A stretch of DNA of 64,000 nucleotides, taken from the NCBI GenBank assembly GCA_977017575.1, contig CDRNVI010000056.1:372001-436000 (forward strand), written 5' to 3'. Shown here piece after piece: positions 21,886 through 32,087 of this stretch. The notes under the pieces were generated by a model. That model did not search any database, had not been told where the DNA came from, and saw nothing but the letters and a program-made list of their open reading frames with translations. The translations under genes and the position numbers were made by a program. Position 1 is the stretch's first letter, and every line of letters starts with the position of its first letter. The stretch comes from Paramoeba atlantica (taxonomy: Eukaryota > Protista > Discosea).

Positions 21886-21954
21886 TACTGTGCCCCCCCC
21901 ACTTATAGTGCCGCGGTTTTCGACCAAACGGCACTATAAGTGGGGGGGCTAGTA
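21886..21954. mobile_element. 69-bp hairpin micro-MITE
   Basis: TA-CTGTG-C8-ACTTATAGTGCCG-(15 nt)-CGGCACTATAAGT-G7-CTAG-TA; the end resembles the MITE at 26495. Confidence 0.6.
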
Positions 21955-22955
21955 TGTTTCAGGTCGAGGGTGAAAATTTTCCTCCCCCCAAAAAAAAGCG
22001 CAGCGCTTCGCGGCGCAATTCTTTCTATCATGTGGTTTTGAGTGCCTAAGCGCTGTAAATGTTTGTGAAATATTAATTCGTGAACAAATTTCGAAATGGC
22101 GAGCTGTATTCCGCATGTTTCCATAACGAAAAAGATGTTTTCACCTTTTTTGCATTAACACGACTTTTGTTGACACAACTTTTGTTGCCTCGACTTTTGT
22201 TGCGAAAACTTTTTTCCCCCCAGTAGGGGAGAAGAAAGATCAACGCACTCATGAGCCAAAAAAGGTCTTTGCCCACCAAAAAAGCGTACCCCAGTAACAA
22301 GGATTCTAGTAGTCCATCCTAGTAGTCCAACAAGGATTCTAGAGTCCAAAATGAGGGAGTTGCTATGCTCTGTCCATGGTATCATGTTCAGGGGAACAGC
22401 AACTCCCCATTATCCCGGCGTAGTAACCACGCCTTGGCTTGCCTGGCACTACGATTGCCGAAAAAAAAAATCGGTTCATTTCGCAGCCCAGTCGCTTCCC
22501 ACTTAAGGGGCCCGTTCCCACAACCGAGTGATCTCCCCGGCAGCACGGTTTTACCCATGCGTTGAGAAGGCTGGGGTGTGAGACCAGGGTGCATTAGTAG
22601 AAAATTTTCGGAGGAAGAAATACGAAGGAGATTTTACTGTATAAGGGAGTTTGAGTGCAATAGGAAAAAAAGGGGGTTGGCTTAAATGTTTTGGTATCGA
22701 CTCATACCAATTACTCTAAATTCGTTCATGATAAGATTTAAACCAGGTGACGGTTAAGTGTTTATTAGGAACCATAAGTCTGGACATTTGGAACAGGGCC
22801 CGCGGTCGGAGTTTGGCTACTCCCCATTCCTGCTCAAGGGGTAGGAACAGGTTTCCTCGACAACACGTCGCCGTCCGGAGTCTTTCCGTCTGGAGACGCG
22901 TTGTTAAGTCCAAACCTTGTTGACGCAACCAGTGTGTATAAAACTGTTCTGTATA

Positions 22956-23140
22956 TTATGCTCTTCGTTAAACTCGGTGGTTGTCTTCAACTTAAAAGTC
23001 ACTCATGCTGCGCGCTTCGCGTTGAAAACTACCACCGCGTTTAACGAAGACCCTAAAAAAGAAAAATCTCCAAAAGATCATGAATAATCTACTTTTTTTG
23101 GGGGAAAAAGCTTGACTTTTCGGCAAAAATTGCGAAATTT
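22956..23140 (-). repeat. Hairpin-ended dispersed repeat, copy 4
   Basis: Arms 22956-22991 and 23021-23056 with a 29-nt loop; body is the inverted homolog of 3600-3681. Confidence 0.75.
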
Positions 23141-23566
23141 TACACCAAATTTGGTCCGTTTTGGATGCCTTACCAGTAGGGGCAGGAGGCAAATCTGACG
23201 AAAAAAACGTCGTAGAATAGTAGGTGAGGTCCTAAACTCTCCAAATACGGTTTAGAAGTCGATTTCGGAAAAATAAATATTTACTTTTTTCCGGGTCAAA
23301 AGAAATTTGTTTTGGTCATCCCAAAAATTTCAGAATTTTTGACCTTTTCGGACCCCTCCAGCGCGTACCAGGGTACCCTCAGGTGGGGGGAATCGTTTTT
23401 TTAATTTATTACATTTTTACCAGCGAAGACATGAAAATAGAGGAGCCCCGGCGCCGCGAAGCGGCGCCAATTTTTTTTTGCACTATTTTCGTTGTTTTTC
23501 GGAATTTTTATTGTACCTGTAGCTACGTATTGTACCTGTAGCTAGTTATTGTACCGGTGGGGTACA

Positions 23567-24112
23567 TTAACCCGGACGGGGGTTTAGTTGGCCTCTTCGG
23601 GCTTCACAGATTCGACAAAGATTTTTGAGATGACCGGAGATTGTACCAATTAACCCTTGTAAAGGGCTTAAATTCTCCTTTTCTGCCTCACATCCTTTGC
23701 TCACCGTGGGAATTTCTTTTTCAGCCTCCATCTTGTCAAGAGTGTGCTTCCGTTGTTTCAAGATGGAGGCTGTTCGCAGTAAAATGTTTCCTGTGATTTG
23801 GTCATGATCATAATTTCCTTTCTCTATGAGTTCGACAACTTTTAATTTTGGTAACTCAGCCACCGTTTCTCCAATATCTTTCAACACAGCTGAAGGATAG
23901 TCTAGATCTTGAGGCCATTTCTCTTGCATTGCAGTGAAAAAGGGAATCCTAACCTTTTTGTCTTTAATCTTCAATGTAGTGTACTTCATAATGAGTCCCA
24001 ATTCATCTTTCAAAGCCTTGGATAGCACGACATTAACTGTAGCTTCTGTGGAGGCCATGAGCAAAATAAAGGACACAGTAAGAAAGGTGTCGGTAAGCTC
24101 CATGCATATCAA
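23567..24112 (-). CDS. Hypothetical protein, possibly truncated or mobile-element derived
   Basis: 181-codon ORF with protein-like composition; the only sizeable non-transposase minus-strand ORF not overlapping another gene; its stop lies inside a dispersed repeat. Confidence 0.35.
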   Translation of the reverse strand: MICMELTDTFLTVSFILLMASTEATVNVVLSKALKDELGLIMKYTTLKIKDKKVRIPFFTAMQEKWPQDLDYPSAVLKDIGETVAELPKLKVVELIEKGNYDHDQITGNILLRTASILKQRKHTLDKMEAEKEIPTVSKGCEAEKENLSPLQGLIGTISGHLKNLCRICEARRGQLNPRPG

Positions 24113-24209
24113 TCAAAACTCATTTTTTTCCCCTTGAACGCTAACAGCTCAATGAAAATTACAATTGAAAAACTTATATTTGCCTATCTAATCTTTGCCT
24201 TCAAGTTTC

Positions 24210-25115
24210 ATGTCCCCAAGACTTCTTTCTGGGGTTGTGAAATCGAGTGACACTCAACCCCCTATAAGTTCATCTCGACGTGGCAAAGTTCGTGGCGCTA
24301 TTCTCCCACAACACGTGATGATGCGTCGATTTGTTTCTGAAATGGAAATTCCGCAATTTGCTGAGCGCGACGATGTCTGCACTTGGGAAGGTGTTACTTG
24401 TAACGACCATGGTGAGGTTAAGGGGATTGATTGGTCGTATAAAATTATGTTTGGAAACCTTAAGATTATGGTAGGAAATCTTACCTGGGAGTGTTTACCC
24501 TCGACCGTTTCAAGACTTAATTTATCGAGCAACCGTCTCTCTGGAGAGCTCCCCACACGAGTGTTACCTTCAGTCTTGGAATATTTGAATATACAAGAGA
24601 ATGGATTCCTTGGACCTTTTGACGCAACGGAACTTCCAAACAAACTAAGAAAATTTTTCTCTGCAGACACAAACTTTTCAGGGATTCTAGACTTATCATC
24701 ACTGCCTCCTGTTATAAATGCGTTTTCCGTTGTGAACAATATGTTTGCAGGACATATCGATCTCACGTGCCTTCCGTCATCTTTGCGAAGTTTGTACCTG
24801 CAAGAAAACTCTTTTAGTGGTCCCATTGATTTGACGAAGCTTCCACACAGAATGGACATCTTGTCGCTTCACCAAAACAATCTTATAGGCAATCTTGATC
24901 TGCGATGCCTTCCGACAACACTGAGGAGACTTGATCTCAATTCAAACTGCTTTTCTGGTGAGCTTTACGTGAACACACTACCCGATTCGGTGACTGAAGT
25001 AAATATTCGTGAAAATAATGGCAACCTGTTGTTACCTTCACCATTGCCGAGCAATATTAAAATGGGGGTCATTTCGAATAAAATAGTTTGCAATCCAGAA
25101 TGGAGCTCTAATTAG
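24210..25115 (+). CDS. Leucine-rich repeat protein
   Basis: RRGKVRGAILPQ, VCTWEGVTC cap and about 8 LRRs; first ATG at 24210 within the ORF tracked from 24195. Confidence 0.88.
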   Translation: MSPRLLSGVVKSSDTQPPISSSRRGKVRGAILPQHVMMRRFVSEMEIPQFAERDDVCTWEGVTCNDHGEVKGIDWSYKIMFGNLKIMVGNLTWECLPSTVSRLNLSSNRLSGELPTRVLPSVLEYLNIQENGFLGPFDATELPNKLRKFFSADTNFSGILDLSSLPPVINAFSVVNNMFAGHIDLTCLPSSLRSLYLQENSFSGPIDLTKLPHRMDILSLHQNNLIGNLDLRCLPTTLRRLDLNSNCFSGELYVNTLPDSVTEVNIRENNGNLLLPSPLPSNIKMGVISNKIVCNPEWSSN

Positions 25116-25165
25116 TGGTCATCTTCATGTTTTTTGTTATTGATTTTATCTACACTCAAAACAAT

Positions 25166-25874
25166 TACTCCCTCTCTCATTAATTTTTATAAATGGATTT
25201 CGTGTTATAAAAATTTAGTTTGTGCGGGATCATTAATTTTTATAAATCAGAAATTAATCGAACGCTATTTCTTAATTTTTTTCTAAGCCAAAGAATTTTT
25301 TCTTTTATTCTACTTAAGATGGATTATTTTGTGAACGTGGATGGACGCCCTTCGAAGAAATTTCTTACAGAAAAGCGCAAATGGTTGATTTATATGCTGC
25401 AGGCAGATGGTGAGAAAAAACAAACTTTATTTAGCAATTTATGGGAAGACTATCTCCGTTTAACACGTGCTTGACTCACAGCTTCAGATAGGTATTGATA
25501 TTCGTTTATAGTACATTACCTCTATGTGATTTCTTTTGCTTATTTGACTCTCAGCTTCAGATATTGATTCATGAAAAATGCTCATGTAGGGGAAAAGACA
25601 ATCTTTTTGGGGGGGATTTTCTTCCTGAGATGAAGATACTGATTTTTGTAAAACGCGATTCACTGAAAAAAATCAGCATGGGGAAGCATGGTCGGGACCT
25701 ACTCGCGGTCTTCCCTGGCACTACCATCTTACAGATCGTACTAACGCCGACCTGTTTTTGGAATAGCGGTCATTTATACGGGATTATTAATTTTTATAAT
25801 TACATATAACAAAGTAGTATAACTCACTTTTTGTTATAATTTATAATTTATAAAAATTAATGAGAGGGAGAGTA
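25166..25874. mobile_element. TA-flanked mariner-type MITE
   Basis: 29-bp inverted repeat TACTCCCTCTCTCATTAATTTTTATAAAT (25166-25194 / 25846-25874, 2 mismatches). Confidence 0.75.
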
Positions 25875-26727
25875 TTTGTGTAAGAAAAAACGGGAAATTT
25901 TAGTGAATTTTTTATTGTGCAACATTTTTAGAAATGGAAATTTTACTTTTGTTTTTTTGATCCAAATTCTAAACAAGAATTTTTTAGCCAACTTTGAGTA
26001 ACAATGAGGGTGAAATAGAGGCCCTTGTCATTGGACACTATGCAGTTGTCCACTGCCATCCAGTGCCATCCAGTGCCATCCAAAACAGAGATATGAGCGA
26101 GGACCGAAGACCTTTTTTTTGATTTGGAGGACCCAAGAACTTTCCATTTCCGCCGGATGTTGTAGGACAAGTGATGGCCATGATATGAAAAAGCGTCTAA
26201 TGTCGGATTCAATTGTACTCATTTTTCAAAAACACGTCTTTTTCTTTGCTTTTGCAAAATAGAATATTTTCTCGGTCTCTTCTTGTGCGTCCTCTGTCAT
26301 GTACATGTGCGGACCTGAGTTGAATTTTAAAGTGAAAGCATGATGGGACACACCAAAAACTTTTGAAGATTTTTTGCTTTGTGACCGAAAAGAATGTCCT
26401 TACGATCACGAGGGTTGGAAAGTTCGTGACTCTGTTTCTAGTATTTGTTGGAGGCGATGTAAGCACGTAAGTTTTAGAAAAAGATTGTCTCGACTACTGT
26501 GCCCCCCTAGTTATCTGTAACACGTCACCCCCCTAGTTATCTATCACTTTTTGGAACTTCGATTTTTTTTTTCGTCGACCTCATAAAATGAAACTTACAT
26601 TTTTTCTTTTTGTGTTTCAAGCCAATGGTCGTGCGTGGTGCTATTATAAACCGTTTCTGTAATTCCATGTTCTGACTTTTTTTGTGACAGACACCCTCCC
26701 TAGGTATCTGTCGCACACTGATCCGCC

Positions 26728-29188
26728 TACCGTTACCCCCCCCTTACTTAGCCCCCACTTTTTGGCCCAAAACCCATACTTTGTGGTGAAGTAAGGGGGG
26801 GTGGGGGGGGGGGAAGTAAGGGGGGTGGTGAAGTAAGGGGGTGGTGAAGTAAGGGGGGTGGTGAAGTAAGGGGGGATTATTAAGTTGTCAAGTTCCTCCA
26901 GTAAAATCCTTATCGCCCGTCATGCTCACTTCAGGGTTGAACGAAACTTTCTGTTTCACGCTTGCCATAGTTCGGAAAGATCATTGACTTTATAAAATGA
27001 ATTAAAAGATCATTGACTTCTACAGAAAGTAACTAACATCATGAAAATACGCTACGCCCAAATTTAGTTTCTAATGTGCCGGCTTAAATATATAAAATAA
27101 TGACAGAAAATATGATACCTATAGAGGCTTTGCAAGGCACTAAGTAGAACCACAGAAAAACTTAGATACGACGAATATTAAAAACGGTGCTGTGGACGTA
27201 AAACGCTGGGGAAGGTGAGGTGCGCTAAGCCCCAACACTGCCGAAAATATATGCAGTGGCCCTGACCTGCGGCCATCGTTAGTGCTTTGCGCAGAAATTG
27301 TCACTCTCTTCCCCCTTTTCTTCAATTGCACACATGTGATGAAATTTCGTTAAACACCCAGGTTCACTACACTCGCGTAGAGTTAAATTCACTCGCGTGC
27401 AATAATAACACTCCTGTACTGGGGTTGCGTTAAGCGCTGAGTTCCTGTTACGCGCTGACTCTATCGCGGACTTCATGGCTTTCGCTGCGATTGTGGGACT
27501 AATTCGATTTTTTATAGGAACGCGCGTTGGCAGACGAGGGACCTGATTTGGTTCAAGAGATTCCTCGACAATGCTCAGTTGTGATACGCGTGAAGCGATG
27601 GCTGATGCATCCACCATCGATTCCGTGATAACGCTTGAGGAGAGTCTGAGCTCGGCTCTGGATTCTATGGGAATCTGTGCGAGATTTTTGGTAAGTGCTG
27701 GAACAAGCAACTTATTAAATTCGATTTCGTATTCTTCTGAATTCACTTTTGCCAGAGCCTGGGTGGCAAATTTTGTTATAAGACTTCGCGTCGGCCGGAC
27801 AATTTCATGATGCGTCGACGCACGCCATGAGGCAAAACACTCCTTGTAGTACTTTTTAAAAGGCTGGTTGATGGCCATATCCATGAGCTGTCCTTTGGAA
27901 GTGCAACCTCCTGGAACGAATTGAACATCGATTTTTCTCTCACGAAAGAACAATAATAATTCCGCTGTCCGATGAGCAGCGTACAGATCCAAAATAATAA
28001 GTGTCTTCCGCGGACGATACTTCATTCTGTCAAAGAATTCCGCTTCAGCCCATTTTTTAAATGACTCTCCTGTGTTCCACCCGCTTGTCGTTGTTGCCGT
28101 ACAATTGTACTTTTCTGCCGCCCGTAGCACCTCTTTGGAAACCTTCCCAGAATCTGAATGGGCTTCCCAAATTAAGTGCGGAGGAAACACCTTATGCTCC
28201 CACGTGCTTTCTGCATGTTGGTTCGTAACAGAGCGGCCCCAAAACCACGCAGTCAGTGTCTTCTTCTCCTTCCCTGTAGTTAAAACCTTTACACGCTTTG
28301 TCCCTTTAGTGTCGTATGTGATTTCATTGACGGGCTCCCACACAACACAGGTCTCAGACCACAATTTCGCAGAGCTATCATATTCAAAAAGGCTTCTATA
28401 CGCTCGTCCATGTCTTTTGGGACCATTTGGGTTGCTCCATTGACTCTTCGTCGCGAAATATTGGCGAAGGTGCAAAAACGAATCCAAAATTTTTCTTTTC
28501 CTTTGTCGGTAAGGGAACAGAAGTGCTCTGAAATTACAGCAAAGTACCCCAACATTGTCGGTTTCGTGACTGCCGAAAGAGACTCGCGTAGCAAAAGCAG
28601 TTGCGTCAACCCTTTTTCATATAATTCTTTATTTGCTCGGGGGGGATGATACTGAAACAATTTCCCGAAGCCAAGTTGAGTAAATTTATGCCAATCTTCT
28701 TTTTTCCGATAAACTCTATGAACCGTGCTTACCTCGACCTTGTAATCTCGGGCGGCCACGCTTACAGACTTGCCGGCATCTATACTAGCACATAGGTTGT
28801 TTTTTTGCTGTATGGTAAGATCCACCCGAACCTTCCGCGGCTGCTCAGCAAGCTGGTTAGATGCATTCAATATTAATGTGGTGGATGGCGTAGCTGAAGT
28901 ATCATCGGGGAAGGGCAGTACGGCAACAGTTTCGTGTGGCAACGGTGAGGATAGAGTCACTTGGCTCGCGTTAAAGAATAGAAGTGGTGGGGCCATCGTG
29001 TATTGAATAAATATTGAAATCAATGAAAATTTACAGTTTCTGACCTGGGTTAACTATCATCACAGAGTAGGAATCGGGGGAAAATTCTGGCACCCCCCTT
29101 ACTTCACCACATACGGAGTGGCTAAATGTGGTGAAGTAAGGGGGGAGGTGAAGTAAGGGGGGAGGTGAAGTAAAGGGGGGTAACGGTA
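26728..29188 (-). mobile_element. pogo-like (Tc1/mariner superfamily) DNA transposon
   Basis: TIRs TA|CCGTTA(C)6-8TTACTT at both ends, arrays of GGTGAAGTAAGGGGGG subterminal repeats, internal transposase. Confidence 0.88.
27279..29023 (-). pseudogene. Frameshifted pogo/DDE_1 transposase with N-terminal CENP-B-like HTHs and C-terminal PHD-like finger
   Basis: HTH ORF 29023-28289 shifts into the catalytic ORF near 28370 (ETCVVW..TY..KG.K.V.V.TTG.EK; LILDLYAAH; PGGCTSKGQLMD, with 35 residues between the last two Asp); ends C..C...C...C...FHHMC...FC..H. Confidence 0.85.
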
Positions 29189-29801
29189 GTTATCTGTCAC
29201 ACCCCTACCCCCCCTAGTTATCTGTCACCTTTTCGCGAAAAGTAGTGACAGATAAGTAGGGGGGGTACAGTACTTCCTTACTTTCATTCAGATGTGCGCA
29301 AACCGTCCCACAAATTTTAGTTTTGGGTACTTGTAGTACACAAGTACATAAAAATTAGTCATCCAGTGCCATCCGCTGCCATCCAGTGCCATCCAAATCT
29401 TCATAGTGTCCATTTATACCCATGATGATCGGGATACCGAACACCATGATCCTCTGTACAAAACTTTGTGCAATAAAAATATTCGTGACTTTTTATTACG
29501 CAACAATTTCAAATGTTGCACAACGTCAGGGCACCAAATCCGACATTTTCGTGTGCGCACATAAGATGTGCACATAATCCTACAGAACATAACCGGTGTT
29601 GAATGCGATCCTATCCGCACTACTCTTGCGACAGCTAAGGACCCCTTTGGGTCCGCAAATTACTTTTACGCATTTTTTATTCATACAGGGTGATCAGCTA
29701 ACTCTGGCGGGGGTCTAAGATTTGTGAACGTGTTTAACAATTTGCGATTTTTTTTGCTTCATTTCCTTTGCTCATTTATGCCACAAAGACAGGTGCATTC
29801 A

Positions 29802-31998
29802 CGTTTTTCGTAAACCCCATCGTCTTTGGTAAGACCATCGTTTTTAGTAATTATCGTTTTTGGTAAGACTATTGCTTTTGGTAAGACCATCGCTTTGGTA
29901 AAACCATCGTCTTTTGCAGGAATATCATCTTTTGTAAGACCATCGCTTTTGGTAGGACCATCACTTTTTATAAGAGCATCCTTTTTGGTACGCCCATCGT
30001 TTTTGGTAAGACCATCGTTTTTGGTAAGACCTTTTTTGGTAAGACCATCGTTTTTGGTAAGACCATCGTTTTTTGTAAGACCATCGCTTTTGGTAAACCA
30101 TCGTTTTTGGTAAGATCATCGCTTTTGGTAAGACCATTGTTTTTGGTAAGACCATCGTTTTTCGTAAGCCCATCGTTTTTTGCAAGACCATCGTTTTTGG
30201 TAACACCATCGTTTTTTGTAAGACCATCGTTTTTGGTAAACCATCGTTTTTGGTAAGACCATCGTTTTTGGCAAGACCATCGGTTTTGGTAAGACCATCG
30301 TTTTTGGTAAACCATAGTTTTTGATAAGACCATCGTTTTTGGTAAGATCATCGCTTTTGGTAAGACCATTGTTTTTGGTAAGACCATCGTTTTTCGTAAG
30401 CCCATCGTTTTTTGCAAGACCATCGTTTTTGGTAACACCATCGTTTTTTGTAAGACCATCGTTTTTGGTAAACCATCGTTTTTGGTAAGACCATCGTTTT
30501 TGGCAAGACCATCGGTTTTGGTAAGACCATCGTTTTTGGTAAACCATAGTTTTTGATAAGACCATCGTTTTTGGTAAACCATGGTTTTTGATAAGACCAT
30601 CGTTTTTGGTAAGACCATTTTTTTTTGGTAAGACCATCGTTCTTGGTAACACCATCGTTTTTTGTAAGACCATCGTTTTTTGTAAGACCATCGTTTTTGG
30701 TAAGACCTTCGTTTTTAGTAAGCATCGTTTTTGTTAAGACCATTCCTTTTGGTAACACCATCGTTTTTGGTAAGATCATCGCTTTTGGTAAACCATCGTT
30801 TTAGGTAGGATTATCGGTTTTGGTAAGACCATCGTTTTTGGTAAGACCATCGTTTTTCGTAAGCCCATCGTTTTTTGCAAGACCATCGTTTTTGGTAACA
30901 CCATCGTTTTTTGTAAGACCATCGTTTTTGGTAACACCATCGTTTTTTGTAAGACCATCGCTTTTGGTAAACCATCGTTTTTGGTAAGATCATCGCTTTT
31001 GGTAAGACCATCGTTTTTGGTAAGACCATCGTTTTTCGTAGGCCCATCGTTTTTTGCAAGACCATCGTTTTTGGTAACACCATCGTTTTTTGTAAGACCA
31101 TCGTTTTTTGCAAGACCATCGTTTTTGGTAACACCATCGTTTTTAGTAAGCATCGTTTTTGGTAACACCATCGTTTTTTGTAAGACCATCGTTTTTGGTA
31201 AACCATCGTTTTTGGTAAGACCATCGTTTTTGGTAACACCATCGGTTTTGGTAAGACCATCGTTTTTGGTAAACCATAGTTTTTGGTAAGACCATCGTTT
31301 TTGGTAAACCATCGTTTTTGATAAGGCCATCGTTTTTGGTAAGACCATCGTTTTTGGTAAGACCATCGTTTTTGGTAAGACCATCGTTCTTGGTAACACC
31401 ATCGTTTTTTGTAAGACCATCGTTTTTTGTAAGACCATCGTTTTTGGTAAGACCATCGTTTTTAGTAAGCATCGTTTTTGGTAAGACCATCGTTTTTAGT
31501 AAGGATCGTTTTTGTTAAGACCATTCCTTTTGGTAACACCATCGTTTTTGGTAAGACCATCGTTTTTGGTAAGACCATCGTTTTTGGTAAGATCATCGGT
31601 TTTGGTAACACCATCGTTTTTGGTAAGACCATCGTTTTTTGTAAGACCATCGTTTTTGGTAAGACCATCGTTTTAATAAGCATCGTTTTTGGTAAGACCA
31701 TCGTTTTTGGTAAACCATCGTTTTTCGTAAGCCCATCATTTTTGGTAACATCATCGTTTTTTGTAAAACCATCGTTTTTGGTAAACCATCGTTTTTGGTA
31801 AGACCATCGTTTTTGGTAAGACCATCGTTTTTGGTAAACCATCGTTTTTTGCAAGACCATCGTTTTTGGTAACACCATCGTTTTTGGTAAGCCCATCGTT
31901 TTTGGTAAAACCAACGCTTTTTATAAGACCATCGTTTTTGGTAAGACCATTGCTGTTGAGAAGCCATCGTTTTTCGTAACATCATCTTTTTTGGTAGG
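29802..31998. repeat. 18-bp satellite (TTGGTAAGACCATCGTTT)n, roughly 120 monomers
   Basis: Continuous tandem monomers with 17-bp variants; a locally visible 232-bp higher-order repeat. Confidence 0.97.
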
Positions 31999-32024
31999 CC
32001 GCTGTGAGCACACAATCGACGGAA

Positions 32025-32087
32025 GCGTCCATACCCAAGTGGTTAAGGGGCCTGACTTGAAATCAGGTGTGTTCTCACGCGCAGGTT
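32025..32087 (+). pseudogene. 3'-truncated tRNA-Ser(UGA) at the array border
   Basis: Matches the first 63 nt of the array tRNA, then loses the T-loop and 3' acceptor strand; TGTGTTCTCACGCGCAGG is re-duplicated just downstream. Confidence 0.9.

Larger units (their letters stand above)
26495..29272. mobile_element. Outer TA-flanked MITE (about 320 bp of own sequence) interrupted by the pogo element
   Basis: Left end TACTGTGCCCCCCTAGTTATCTGTAAC; right end GTGACAGATAAGTAGGGGGGGTACAGTA; CCCCTAGTTATCTGTCAC-like motifs on both sides of the insert. Confidence 0.65.

Noticed and set aside
1161-24859. Long minus-strand ORFs (1161-1823, 7601-8107, 24254-24859 and similar; also 60577-60966)
   Set aside because: They are antisense shadows of real + strand coding sequences.
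29826-32015. MVLPKT / KNDGLT / QKRWSY repeat ORFs
   Set aside because: These are translations of the 18-bp satellite in all frames, with frequent 17-bp frameshifting monomers.
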